Virus record (IMG/VR): IMGVR_UViG_2675903409_000002
Source: a virus
Taxonomy: Duplodnaviria > Heunggongvirae > Uroviricota > Caudoviricetes
DNA length: 16,817 bases
Strand: one strand, 5' to 3'
Below, in pieces: positions 1 to 9,578 of this stretch. The translations under genes were made by a program, and so were the position numbers. The notes beneath the pieces are model-generated. The model was given only the letters and a program-made list of their open reading frames with translations, did not search any database and was not told where the DNA came from. The stretch's first letter is position 1. Each line of letters begins with the position of its first letter.

Positions 1-179
1 TTGGTATTCCCCTCACTGTCCAGCACCGGCGTACTGTTCAGCAGCACGCTTTTTAATCCATCCACCGGACCTTCAACCGGCCCTTCGCTGATGGCATCGA
101 TCACACTCAGCAGCTGCGTGGACTTCAGGTTGTCCTTCGCTTCGCGCGGGGTATGCCCCTTACTGCTGCCTTTACCCAT
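1..179 (-). CDS. J: Tail tip/host-specificity protein J, N-terminal fragment (runs off the window edge)
   Basis: Minus-strand ATG at 179-177 (plus 'cat'); my translation reads MGKGSSKGHTPREAKDNLKS..., matching the lambda gpJ N-terminus from memory. 60-nt gap to the I stop, as in lambda. Not in the ORF track because no stop lies in the window. Confidence 0.85.
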   Translation of the reverse strand, partial: MGKGSSKGHTPREAKDNLKSTQLLSVIDAISEGPVEGPVDGLKSVLLNSTPVLDSEGNT

Positions 180-239
180 TCGTCATGCTCCATAAACGAT
201 AAAACCGCCCGGAGGCGATTTCACATAAAACATTTTGCA

Positions 240-911
240 TCAGCGACCAATCACCACAACCTGACCACCGTCCCCTTCGTCTGCCGTGCTGATCTCCTGA
301 GATACCACACGTGACCCCACGCGCATTTCACCATACAGAACAGGCATAACATTGCCCTGGGCAACCATGTTATCCAGTGAGGAGAAATAGGTGTTCTGCT
401 TACCGTTATCCGTTGTCTGTGTGCGGGGAGTTCTGGCTTTCGGTGCCAGCATCTGAGCCACACCGCCGAGCACCATACTGGCACCGAGAGAAAACAGAAT
501 GCCGGTCATACCACCGGCACCAATGGCAGCCCCCCATGCTGCAAGGGTGGCTCCGGCGGTAAAGAATGATCCGGCAATGGCGGCTGCTCCCAGGACAATC
601 TGGAATACACCACCTGACTTGGCCCCGGCGACTCTGGGAACAATATGAATCACAGCGCCGTCAGGCAGAGCCTCATGTAACTGTGCCGTTAATCCGGACG
701 TGCTAACATCCTGCCCGGCAATACGCACCTGATACCAGCCGTCGCTCAGCTTCTGACGAAACGCAGGGAGCTGTGTGGCCATCGCCCGGATGGCTTCGGC
801 ACCCGTTTTCACACGAAGGTCGATGCGGCGGCCAAATCGTTGCAAATCCCCGTAAAGGCAGATGCGTGCCATGCCCGGTGACGCCAGAGGGAGTGTGTGC
901 GTCGCTGCCAT
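240..911 (-). CDS. I: Tail assembly protein I (223 aa)
   Basis: ORF track 240..911; translation MAATHTLPLASPGMARICLYGDLQRFGRR... with Gly/Ala-rich C-terminal half, same length as lambda gpI. ATG confirmed at 911-909, TGA at 242-240. Confidence 0.95.
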   Translation of the reverse strand: MAATHTLPLASPGMARICLYGDLQRFGRRIDLRVKTGAEAIRAMATQLPAFRQKLSDGWYQVRIAGQDVSTSGLTAQLHEALPDGAVIHIVPRVAGAKSGGVFQIVLGAAAIAGSFFTAGATLAAWGAAIGAGGMTGILFSLGASMVLGGVAQMLAPKARTPRTQTTDNGKQNTYFSSLDNMVAQGNVMPVLYGEMRVGSRVVSQEISTADEGDGGQVVVIGR

Positions 912-1408
912 TTGTCGGTATACCTCTCTCGTTTGCTCAGTTGTTCAGGAATATGGTGCAGCAGCTCGCCGTCACCACAGTAAATGGCGGCATGATTCGG
1001 CACCGATGAACCAAAACAGCACAGCAGCACATCGCCCGGCTGCGCCGCTGACAACGGCACCTGATACAGCCCTGTGGCCTCCAGATTATCCAGATAGAGA
1101 TTCTGACCGTGACGCCACCAGTCATCCTCACGATGAAAATCCGGCATCTCAATCCCCGCCAGATGGTAAGCATCCCGGAACAGCGTGTAACAGTCCGTCA
1201 CCCCGTGCTCAAAGCGCCGCCCGGTAAGATGTGGCACACAGCGGAACTTGTGAATCGCCCCCCGGCAGACCAGCCACCACGGCAAATCACTCTGCACCTG
1301 CAGCCGCCGGTCGGCCTCACTCAGCCAGGGCAGACCACCGGGGTGGCTGTGAACCAGTGCCACAATCTCACCCTGCATCTCTGCCTGCAGCCAGTCTTCC
1401 GGCGACAT
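809..1408 (-). CDS. K: Tail assembly protein K (199 aa; MPN/JAMM-like and NlpC/P60-like motifs)
   Basis: Lower part of ORF-track entry 809..2221. ATG at 1408-1406 gives MSPEDWLQAEMQGEIVALVHSHPGG... (199 aa). 3' end overlaps I by 103 nt out of frame, as in lambda. HSHPGGLPWLSEAD fits HxHx7Sx2D. Confidence 0.93.
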   Translation of the reverse strand: MSPEDWLQAEMQGEIVALVHSHPGGLPWLSEADRRLQVQSDLPWWLVCRGAIHKFRCVPHLTGRRFEHGVTDCYTLFRDAYHLAGIEMPDFHREDDWWRHGQNLYLDNLEATGLYQVPLSAAQPGDVLLCCFGSSVPNHAAIYCGDGELLHHIPEQLSKRERYTDKWQRRTHSLWRHRAWHASAFTGICNDLAAASTFV

Positions 1409-1449
1409 ACGGAAATACGCCTCCGGCTCACCGGAGATATTCACGCAGG

Positions 1450-1699
1450 NNNNNNNNNNNNNNNNNNNNNNNNNNNNNNNNNNNNNNNNNNNNNNNNNNN
1501 NNNNNNNNNNNNNNNNNNNNNNNNNNNNNNNNNNNNNNNNNNNNNNNNNNNNNNNNNNNNNNNNNNNNNNNNNNNNNNNNNNNNNNNNNNNNNNNNNNNN
1601 NNNNNNNNNNNNNNNNNNNNNNNNNNNNNNNNNNNNNNNNNNNNNNNNNNNNNNNNNNNNNNNNNNNNNNNNNNNNNNNNNNNNNNNNNNNNNNNNNNN
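1450..1699. other. N-run (masked or unknown sequence) covering the L 3' end and L-K intergenic region
   Basis: 250 consecutive n. Confidence 1.
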
Positions 1700-2221
1700 G
1701 GTGCAGGTGTTGGCCAGCATGATACGTCCCGGAAAAACAGCGCCATCTGTTTCCGTCGGCGTGGACAGTACAAAAGAGGCACTCACCGCGCTCAGTTCGC
1801 TGCACTGCTCAATGCGCCAGCGGCTGATCACCTCCTGCTCCGGATCGGCGTCACTGTTTCCGTTGACGAAGTTCACCGCATCCAGAAAACGGGCGTAAAC
1901 CTTACGCCGGACCACCGTTCCGCCGACCAGACTCTGTAGATCTTCCGCCATCCCGGTGACCATACCGTACAGGTTAGAAACCATCAGCGTGGGGCGCGTA
2001 CTGGTGCCTTTGCCATTCAGTTCAAAACCACTCCCCTGAATGGGATACGGCTGATACTGTCGCCCCTGCCAGGTGACCGGCTCACCTTTTTCGTTCTGCT
2101 CATTACAGAAAAAATAACGTTCTCCACCGACCTCTGTCAGATCGATTTCCCAGAGCACCACGCTGGCCGACTGCTCCGCACGGGTGCATTCATTCAGTGT
2201 TTCCTGCCGGATATCCTGCAT
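1523..2221 (-). CDS. L: Tail tip protein L; 3' end hidden inside N-run 1450-1699, so the end coordinate is an estimate for a 232-aa protein
   Basis: ATG at 2221-2219; translation MQDIRQETLNECTRAEQSASVVLWEIDLTEVGGERYFFCNEQNEKGEP... matches lambda gpL. Visible to 1700; stop not observable. Confidence 0.85.
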
Positions 2222-2550
2222 CAGTTCACCACCTGTTCAAACTCTGCGCTGAACTCAACACGCAGCATACTGACCCGCGACGACCATTTTGCGCAGGTCA
2301 CCTTTATCTGCCGCCACTCATAAGGCGGCGTCCACAGAAAGGCTTTCCAGCCCCCGTGCTCTTCCAGAAACGACTCCAGTACCATGGCCTCCTCACGGGG
2401 GACAGAAAGCGTCACGCTGTACGTTTTCAGGTTGGCATTCAGCCCGGCAGGCGCTCGCTGGGAATAGCCATCACCAAAGCGCACCTTTCTTACAGAAGGG
2501 GCCGAAGCCACATCCATACCGGGTTTCACTTTCCAGCGGAAGGTTTTCAT
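2221..2550 (-). CDS. M: Tail tip assembly protein M (109 aa)
   Basis: ORF track 2221..2550; MKTFRWKVKPGMDVASAPSVRKVRFGDGYSQRAPAGLNANLKTYSV...; ATG at 2550-2548; abuts the L start at 2221. Confidence 0.95.
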   Translation of the reverse strand: MKTFRWKVKPGMDVASAPSVRKVRFGDGYSQRAPAGLNANLKTYSVTLSVPREEAMVLESFLEEHGGWKAFLWTPPYEWRQIKVTCAKWSSRVSMLRVEFSAEFEQVVN

Positions 2551-5116
2551 CGTCCACCTCCGGAGAACAGGCCACCATCACGCATCTGTGTCTGAATTTC
2601 ATCACGGGCACCCTTGCGGGCCATGTCATACACGGCCTTCATCATCTGTGGACCTGGCAGACCATTCGTACCGTCGTTCTGAATCACCACGTGATTGTTC
2701 TGATTAAAATTAATGCCTTCAGCCCGCCGCATCTGCGCCGGACTTCCGGCACCGCCCACATAACCACCTTCCGCATAGCCGCGCATCAGCCGGTAGAGAT
2801 TCCCCACGCCAATCCGGCTGGTTGCCTCCTTCGTGAAGACAAATTCACCACGGTGAACAATCCCCGCTGGCTCATATTTGCCGCCGGTTCCCGTAAATCC
2901 CCCGGTTGCAAAATGGAATTTCACCGCAGCGGCCTGAATGGCTGTACCACCTGACGCGGATGCGCCGCCACCAACAGCCCCGCCAATGGCGCTGNNNNNN
3001 NNNNNNNNNNNNNNNNNNNNNNNNNNNNNNNNNNNNNNNNNNNNNNNNNNNNNNNNNNNNNNNNNNNNNNNNNNNNNNNNNNNNNNNNNNNNNNNNNNNN
3101 NNNNNNNNNNNNNNNNNNNNNNNNNNNNNNNNNNNNNNNNNNNNNNNNNNNNNNNNNNNNNNNNNNNNNNNNNNNNNNNNNNNNNNNNNNNNNNNNNNNN
3201 NNNNNNNNNNNNNNNNNNNNNNNNNNNNNNNNNNNNNNNNNNNNAGCTGGTCTTCAGCCGCCCAGGTCTTTTTCTGCTCTGACATGACGTTATTCAGCGC
3301 CAGAGGATTATCGCCATACTGTTCCTTCAGGCGCTGTTCCGTGGCTTCCCGCGCTGCCTGCCGGTCAGTCAGCCCCCGGTTTTTCGCATCAATGGCTGCC
3401 CGTTTTGCCCGTTGCTGCTGTGCGAATTTATCCGCCTGCTGCGCCAGCGCATTCAGGTGCTCCTGATACGTAACCTTGTCACCAAGTGCAGCCAGCTGGC
3501 GTTTGTACTCCAGCGTCTCGTCTTTATGCGCCAGCAGGGATTTCTCCTGTGCGGACAGCTGGCGACGTTGTGCCGCCTCCTCCAGTACCGCGAACTGACT
3601 TTCTGCCTTCCACAAATCCCGGCGCTGCTGGCTGATTTTCTCATTCGCTCCGGCATGCTTCTCCAGCGTCCGGAGTTCTGCCTGAAGCGTCAGCAGGGCC
3701 GCATGAGCACTGTCTTCCTGACGATCGCCCGCATACACCTTCACGCCGGACTGTTTCGGCTTTTTCAGCGTCGCTTCATAATCCTTTTTCGCCGCCGCCA
3801 TCAGCGTGTTGTAATCTGCCTGCAGGATTTTTCCGTCTTTCAGTGCCTTGTTCAGTTCTTCCTGACGGGCGGTATATTTCTCCAGCGGCGTCTGCAGCCG
3901 TTCGTAAGCCTTCTGCGCCTCTTCGGTATATTTCAGCCGTGACGCTTCGGTATCGCTCTGCTGCTGCGCATTTTTGTCCTGTTGACGCTGTTGATCTACC
4001 CTCTTTTGGGCTGCATCCCGCTCCAGGCGTTTTTTTTCACGATCATCCCAGTAACGCGCCCGTGCTTCATCGTTAACGAAATAATCATCCTTGCGCAGAT
4101 TCCAGATGTCGTCTGCTTTCTTAAACGCAGCCTCTGCCTTAATCAGCATCTCCTGCGCGGTATCAGGACGACCAATATCCAGCACCGCATCCCACATGGA
4201 TTTGAATGCACGTGCAGTCCTGTCTGCCCAGGTCTCCAGCGTGCCCATGTTCTCTTTCAGGCGGCGGGTCTGGTCATCAAACCCTTTCGTTGCGGCCTCG
4301 TTCGCCGCCTGCAATGCCCCGGCTTCATCGCCGGAACGCTGCAACTGAGCAACATACGCAATCTGCTCCGCCGTCACGTTATGGAACTGGCGTGCCATCG
4401 CCGTCAGCCCCGACGTCGGGTCTGTGGTCAGCTTCCCGAAGGCTTCAGCGACCTTGTCCACCTCCACGCCGGATGCATAGGAGAAACGCGCCACACTCTG
4501 GCTGATGGACGCAATCTGAGCCTCACCGCTTACCCCCGCCTTAACCAGTGCGCTGAGTGACTCGCTGGTCTGGTTAAACGTCAGCCCTGCCGCCTGCCCG
4601 GCTCTGGACAGGACCAGCATACGATCTGCCGTCAGTCCCGCCTGATTACCGGAAAGGACCAGCGTTTTGTTGAAATCGGACAGGGTTGAGTTGNNNNNNN
4701 NNNNNNNNNNNNNNNNNNNNNNNNNNNNNNNNNNNNNNNNNNNNNNNNNNNNNNNNNNNNNNNNNNNNNNNNNNNNNNNNNNNNNNNNNNNNNNNNNNNN
4801 NNNNNNNNNNNNNNNNNNNNNNNNNNNNNNNNNNNNNNNNNNNNNNNNNNNNNNNNNNNNNNNNNNNNNNNNNNNNNNNNNNNNNNNNNNNNNNNNNNNN
4901 NNNNNNNNNNNNNNNNNNNNNNNNNNNNNNNNNNNNNNNNNNNGCTTTCTGTGCAGCCAGCGCCTGTCGGCTCAGCGACTGTTCAACGACTGCCGCTGTT
5001 TTTTTCGCATCACTTTCCGTACCGGAAAAATGACGCCTGACTCTGGCCATCTGCTCGTCAAATCTGGCCGCATCCAGACTCAAATCAACGACCAGATCGC
5101 CTACCGGTTCAGCCAT
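2547..5116 (-). CDS. H: Tail tape-measure protein H; interrupted by two N-runs, and the three visible segments are in three different reading frames
   Basis: N-terminal segment MAEPVGDLVVDLSLDAARFDEQMARVRRHFSGTESDAKK (from 5116); middle segment ...MLVLSRAGQAAGLTFNQ...EQKKTWAAEDQ (4620 down to N-run); C-terminal segment ...AAVKFHFATGGFTGTGGKYEPAGIVHRGEFVF...GGGR ending at TGA 2549-2547 overlapping the M start. Span 2570 nt against 2562 nt expected for 853 aa. Confidence 0.85.
2995..3244. other. N-run inside H (C-terminal third)
   Basis: 250 consecutive n. Confidence 1.
4694..4943. other. N-run inside H (N-terminal part)
   Basis: 250 consecutive n. Confidence 1.
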
Positions 5117-5947
5117 ACCGGACTCCTCCTGCGATCCCTTCTGATACTGTCATCAGCATTACGTCATCCTCCGTCATGTCCGCCACATCCGGGGAAGCGG
5201 GGATAACTTCATTCCCGTCCGGGCCAAAGCGGACACCTCCGGCAAGCCCTGCCGCTTTCTGCATCAGCACATCATCTTCAGGCTCTTCGTCAGCCTCGCG
5301 CCGGTTCAGCAGACTGAAATCCAGCGGATGCATCTCCGGATCGCTGAAAAACAGGCTGAGCACGGTGTACGTCAGCCCGGAAAAGTGCATATCCAGCAGA
5401 ACATCATGAAAATAATGGGTACTGTAAAAGCGGTGCCAGTCGGCATACTCCGTGGATGACATCCCGGCAAGCATGGCGCGCCAGTCGGGTCGCCCCATCT
5501 CACGCGCCAGTTTCAGGGCAAAACTCAGCTCACCGTCGAACACTTTCCCGCAGAAACAGGCTCTGCAGGCCCGGCGTCCTCTGCCTGTTCAGGAGCATCA
5601 TTCACCACAAACTCATACATACCGGACAGCCGGTACACCACGTTTTCAGCATGAGAAATTGCCTCTGTGGGCCAGGTGGTAAGCACTTCCTGCTCAATCT
5701 GTTTAACGGCTTCATTCATGGACGGCATCTGCGTCTTCTTCGGATGGTTATGCCACAGGGACATCGCAACCACAAAAGCGCCGGTTCTGATGGCGTCTTC
5801 CACAGTAAACTTCCGGTTGCTGTCTGACTCCGCCTGTTCTGCCTGCCGTTTCATCAGGTCGAGATGCTCAATACGCTGCAGGGCTGACAGTTCAGAAAGC
5901 GTGACGGTCACACCGTTATGTTCAAATGATTCGGTTTTCAGGAACAT
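5109..5947 (-). CDS. G-T fusion tail assembly chaperone made by programmed -1 ribosomal frameshift near the end of G
   Basis: The -1 frame ORF 5109..5543 (…FDGELSFALKLAREMGRPDWRAMLAGMSSTEYADWHRFY…) overlaps the 3' end of G, has no independent start context, and ends (TGA 5111-5109) just before the H start at 5116. Slippery heptamer GGGAAAG on the minus strand at 5549-5543, in G frame as G GGA AAG. Confidence 0.9.
5525..5947 (-). CDS. G: Tail assembly chaperone G (140 aa)
   Basis: ORF track 5525..5947; MFLKTESFEHNGVTVTLSELSALQRIEHLDLMKRQAEQAESD...; ATG at 5947-5945. Confidence 0.95.
   Translation of the reverse strand: MFLKTESFEHNGVTVTLSELSALQRIEHLDLMKRQAEQAESDSNRKFTVEDAIRTGAFVVAMSLWHNHPKKTQMPSMNEAVKQIEQEVLTTWPTEAISHAENVVYRLSGMYEFVVNDAPEQAEDAGPAEPVSAGKCSTVS
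5543..5549 (-). promoter_or_regulatory. Programmed -1 frameshift slippery site GGGAAAG (G to G-T)
   Basis: Plus strand reads ctttccc at 5543-5549; in the G reading frame it is X XXY YYZ. Confidence 0.85.
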
Positions 5948-5962
5948 CGCTGACTCTCCGGA

Positions 5963-6703
5963 TTAACTGGCGGTGACGTTGATTTCTGCAACCGCAGCAA
6001 ACTCACCATTACCAGATACGACCGGAATGTTGACCTTGCCTGCAGCAACACCTTTCACGGTGATGGTCATACCACTGACCGACACGGTGGCTTTTGTTTT
6101 ATCCGCAGACACCGCACGGAAGCTCTTGTCGGTTGCGCCATCCGGCTGGAATGCCACGGTCAGCGTGGTGCTCTGCCCTTTCACTACGGAAGCACTGGCG
6201 GGTGTCACCGTCATGCCGGTCGTCGCCGTCACCGTGCTGCGATCTTCTGCCATCGACGGACGTCCCACATTGGTGACCTTCACCGTGCGGGTAATCACCT
6301 CCTTCGCCGTCACCGCCTTACCGATACTGCTGACCCAGCCACGGAACACATCGACCGTGCCGTTCGGGAAGCGGATTTTATAGGCACGGGTATCACCTTC
6401 ATTAAACCACGCCAGCAGCGCCTGCTGCCCCTGCTCTCCGGGCATCCACGCCAGCGTGAAGCTGGTATCTCCGGCAGATTTCTGCCCCTGCCCGGTCGCA
6501 GTCCAGTCTGCATCTTCATCATCGAGATAGCTGTCGTCATAGGACTCAGCGGTCAGTTCGCCGGGCGTCAGGTCTTTAACTTTTGCCAGACGCGACCAGT
6601 CAACGTCTGAAAGCGGGTTCGCATAAGGGTCACCGCTCCCCTTATAAACCCACAGGGTGGTCCCGGCACCTTTCACCGGCATTGTAGGATTTGGTACAGG
6701 CAT
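5963..6703 (-). CDS. V: Major tail tube protein V (246 aa)
   Basis: ATG at 6703-6701 gives [42 protein letters not shown]..., the lambda gpV start. The ORF-track entry begins 10 codons further upstream at 6733, which I treat as a non-used extension. Confidence 0.93.
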   Translation of the reverse strand: MPVPNPTMPVKGAGTTLWVYKGSGDPYANPLSDVDWSRLAKVKDLTPGELTAESYDDSYLDDEDADWTATGQGQKSAGDTSFTLAWMPGEQGQQALLAWFNEGDTRAYKIRFPNGTVDVFRGWVSSIGKAVTAKEVITRTVKVTNVGRPSMAEDRSTVTATTGMTVTPASASVVKGQSTTLTVAFQPDGATDKSFRAVSADKTKATVSVSGMTITVKGVAAGKVNIPVVSGNGEFAAVAEINVTAS

Positions 6704-6710
6704 AGCGTCC

Positions 6711-7106
6711 TCACATTTCATAGATAATGACATAAGTCAGATCGGCTGAACTCCACAGGCCCGCATCATCGTCGCGCCGGTAGTCATAGCCGCTGGCCAC
6801 CATACTGGTGATCAAATCTGACAGTGCCGGGATATCGCTCATCACAGGATAAATCCGGGACTCCATCCACGAATCCAGCTCTGAATCCGGCACCTGAGCA
6901 GGCAGGAAAACTTCAATATGCAGCTCCGCCTGCCAGGTATCGCTGTCCAGCTCTTCGCCCGTGTATTCAGCGCCGGTGAGATAAACGGCAATTGCCGGAA
7001 AATCTTCCTCATCAAAAACAGCGGGGCGACCATCAAAAAGCGTCGCCCCGGTGTCATGCTTCTCCAGTGCATCCAGTACGGCTGCACGGAGTTCAGTATG
7101 TTTCAT
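6711..7106 (-). CDS. U: Tail tube terminator protein U (131 aa)
   Basis: ORF track 6711..7106; [54 protein letters not shown]...; ATG at 7106-7104. Confidence 0.95.
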   Translation of the reverse strand: MKHTELRAAVLDALEKHDTGATLFDGRPAVFDEEDFPAIAVYLTGAEYTGEELDSDTWQAELHIEVFLPAQVPDSELDSWMESRIYPVMSDIPALSDLITSMVASGYDYRRDDDAGLWSSADLTYVIIYEM

Positions 7107-7681
7107 CGCTTTATTACCATTCTCAGTTGATGCTGCAGCGCATAGCCCAGCTCTTTCGGAAGACGTTCACGCCGTATCCGTTCAATATTCTGTTTAAACG
7201 CCGTGGTCAGCGGCACCGCCATCGGGATTTTCACCACATCAATGGGGTAACGGTTTTTCCCGGCCACACGCTGCATAACATGCCACCGGCCGTTTTTCAG
7301 TTGCTGAATAAACGCGCCGGGAATACGACGGTTACCCACCACAAGCACGCTGCCGCCACCTTTCAGGGATGAACGCTGCCCCTTTTTATGACGCCTGCGG
7401 CGGGACAGGACAACCCGCGCATTACCCAGCTTGATTACGGGCAAATCCCCCCGGTTAACTTTGATTCTGGCCTGCGGATTTTTGACCGTGGCCCTTTTCA
7501 GCCTGGCCCTTTCCTTTACCAGTTTCCGGCGTACCTTTGTCTCACGGGCAACCTGTGACGCAGACTGCGATATCGCGGATGAAGCAACGCGGTTAATGGC
7601 CATTGCGGCGGCACCGGGCACCGCCGTTTTGCTGATACGGCTGAGGTTTTCAACGGCCTGCTCAAGACCTTTTATGGCCAT
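7103..7681 (-). CDS. Z: Tail completion protein Z (192 aa)
   Basis: ORF track 7103..7681; MAIKGLEQAVENLSRISKTAVPGAAAMAINRVASSAISQSASQVARETKVRRK...; ATG at 7681-7679; 4-nt overlap with the U start. Confidence 0.95.
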   Translation of the reverse strand: MAIKGLEQAVENLSRISKTAVPGAAAMAINRVASSAISQSASQVARETKVRRKLVKERARLKRATVKNPQARIKVNRGDLPVIKLGNARVVLSRRRRHKKGQRSSLKGGGSVLVVGNRRIPGAFIQQLKNGRWHVMQRVAGKNRYPIDVVKIPMAVPLTTAFKQNIERIRRERLPKELGYALQHQLRMVIKR

Positions 7682-7692
7682 ACATCCCCCTT

Positions 7693-8046
7693 TCAGCGGC
7701 GACGGTTAACGGCAGGCGGTACGCCCCGTCCAAGCCAGAGATGACAACTTCCGCCATCATCCGGCGAAACCCGATCTACCCAGAAATTTTCCTCACCGAT
7801 GGTCAGCGTGTCTCCACGCCGCAGCTGCCGCACCTCATCAGTCCGGACAAACAGGGACGGGCTGGAGCCTTCAACGCGCACGCCCTGTCCGGCATAGCTG
7901 ATATTTTCAGGGTCATCAAAAACACCACGTATCACCGCACCTGACTGCTCACCGGATGTCATGGTGGCTGACGTTCCCATGTACCCGCGTATCGTTTCAT
8001 CGGCGCGGGCAATGGCAGCATCGAACAGGTTATCGAAATCAGCCAC
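7693..8046 (-). CDS. FII: Head-tail connector protein FII (117 aa), GTG start
   Basis: ORF track 7693..8046; MADFDNLFDAAIARADETIRGYMGTSATMTSGEQSGAVIRGVFDDPEN.... Start codon reads GTG (plus 'cac' at 8044-8046), preceded by GGGAGG. Confidence 0.93.
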   Translation of the reverse strand: MADFDNLFDAAIARADETIRGYMGTSATMTSGEQSGAVIRGVFDDPENISYAGQGVRVEGSSPSLFVRTDEVRQLRRGDTLTIGEENFWVDRVSPDDGGSCHLWLGRGVPPAVNRRR

Positions 8047-8057
8047 AGCGCCTCCCG

Positions 8058-8456
8058 TTATTGCATTCTGGCCAGGCCGCGCTCTGTCATTTCGGCTGCC
8101 ACACCGGCAGAGACACGAAACGCCGTTCCCGGCAGCACAAATGCCACAGGTTTATCCCGCGTGGCGTGAAGTGCATCAGTATGCAGCGTCACCAGTGCCA
8201 CGACCGTGACCAGTTCAGCCGTATCCTGAATCACGGTATCCGGCTGCGCTGATACCACCTCATTTTCATGCCCGGTCAGCACATTTTCCCGGCTGAGAGG
8301 GGTGTCCTGACCGGCAGTTTCATCCGTGTCATCAAGCTCTTCTTCCAGCTCTGCCACACGAAGCGCCAGTTCTTCTTTCGTTCCCGTCAAACTGACATCG
8401 CGGTTCAATTGCTCACCCAGCTCCTGAAGACGGGCAATCAGTTCATCTTTCGTCAT
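8058..8456 (-). CDS. FI: DNA packaging / head assembly protein FI (132 aa)
   Basis: ATG at 8456-8454 gives MTKDELIARLQELGEQLNRDVSLTGTKEELALRVAELEEELDDTDETAGQD.... The ORF-track entry extends 13 codons further upstream to 8495. Confidence 0.92.
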   Translation of the reverse strand: MTKDELIARLQELGEQLNRDVSLTGTKEELALRVAELEEELDDTDETAGQDTPLSRENVLTGHENEVVSAQPDTVIQDTAELVTVVALVTLHTDALHATRDKPVAFVLPGTAFRVSAGVAAEMTERGLARMQ

Positions 8457-8497
8457 GAACTCCTCCACAGAGAGAAAATGGCCCCGAAGGGCCATGA

Positions 8498-9523
8498 TTA
8501 CGCCAGTTGAACGGACACGAACTCATCAGGATCAGCCAGCAGCATCAGCGGTGCTGACTGAATCATGGTGAACTCACGCGCCGGATCGCCGGTGGTCACC
8601 CAGTTTTTCGGGTAACGGGCAGAAGCGTTAATGCCTTCGCGCTGTGCGTCCGCATCCTGAATGCAGCCATAGGTGCGCAGACCGCGAGCCTGAGTGTTCC
8701 CCAGCACCATCGTGTTGTCCGGCAGGAAGTTCTTTTTGACGCCGTTTTCCACGTACTGTCCGGAATACACGACGATGGCCACATCGCCATACATTCCCTT
8801 ATAGGACACCGCTTTGCCCAGGTCTTTTACCGCTGTCTCCAGCTCGGAATGAGAGCCGCGACGGGTATCCAGCTTCTCCTTGACGGCTTTGAAGGAACGG
8901 AACAGCGCCCAGCCTTTCGGGTCAAACACGATGATATTCACCACACCGCTGGCGTTCAGCGCGTAGGCTTCGATATCGTCGGTCGGGTCATACGTGGACT
9001 TGTCACGCTTGCTCCACTCCGTGACGCCGGACTGTGTGATGTTGTTCGCCGCACTGCGGCCCATATCCACCTCAACCGGATCGAAGGCTTCACCGGTCAT
9101 GGTGTATTTGCCCTTGAGCACGGCAGAAACTGCCTGCATCTCTTCGACCTGAGCAATGGCCAGCTCTTCGTCACGCATGTTCTGCATGATGATGCGACGG
9201 CGGCGGTAAGCCGGGTCCGCCAGATTCTGCGGATCTTCATCCGGCAGGCGACGCAGGGTCATCTGCGGATTCACCTCATGCTTGGGTTTGACATATCCCG
9301 GCGTAAATTCAGAGGTGGAGCCGCCACGGGAACGGATAACCTCACCGGAAACAATCGGCGAAACGTACAGCGCCATGTTTACCAGTCCCGGAATTTGTGA
9401 GAGATAGACTTTCTCCGTAGTGAAGGGATAGCTCTCACGGAAAAAGAGACGCAGAAACAGCGGATCAAACTTAAATTTCTGCTCATTTGCCGCCAGCAGC
9501 TGGGCGGTTGTGTACATCGACAT
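8498..9523 (-). CDS. E: Major capsid protein E (341 aa)
   Basis: ATG at 9523-9521 gives MSMYTTAQLLAANEQKFKFDPLFLRLFFRESYPFTTEKVYLSQIPGLVNMALYVS.... The ORF track begins 9 codons upstream at 9550. Confidence 0.95.
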   Translation of the reverse strand: MSMYTTAQLLAANEQKFKFDPLFLRLFFRESYPFTTEKVYLSQIPGLVNMALYVSPIVSGEVIRSRGGSTSEFTPGYVKPKHEVNPQMTLRRLPDEDPQNLADPAYRRRRIIMQNMRDEELAIAQVEEMQAVSAVLKGKYTMTGEAFDPVEVDMGRSAANNITQSGVTEWSKRDKSTYDPTDDIEAYALNASGVVNIIVFDPKGWALFRSFKAVKEKLDTRRGSHSELETAVKDLGKAVSYKGMYGDVAIVVYSGQYVENGVKKNFLPDNTMVLGNTQARGLRTYGCIQDADAQREGINASARYPKNWVTTGDPAREFTMIQSAPLMLLADPDEFVSVQLA

Positions 9524-9578
9524 AAAAAAATCCCGTAAAAAAAGCCACACAGGCGGCCTTTAGTGATGAAGGGTAAAG

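Noticed and set aside
1-195. 64-aa plus-strand ORF at the left window edge
   Set aside because: Antisense to the verified J N-terminus and I-J intergenic region; begins at the window edge on a non-ATG codon.
1109-1939. 276-aa plus-strand ORF spanning the K/L region and an N-run
   Set aside because: Antisense to K and L, and its length comes from the N-run being translated as X with no stops.
2289-2954. 221-aa plus-strand ORF antisense to M and the H C-terminus
   Set aside because: Antisense to confidently assigned genes; no recognisable family.
3412-3942. 176-aa plus-strand ORF antisense to H
   Set aside because: Leu/Arg/Gln-rich mirror of the coiled-coil-like H coding region; no independent support.
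8849-9400. 183-aa plus-strand ORF antisense to capsid gene E
   Set aside because: Antisense to E; no start context.
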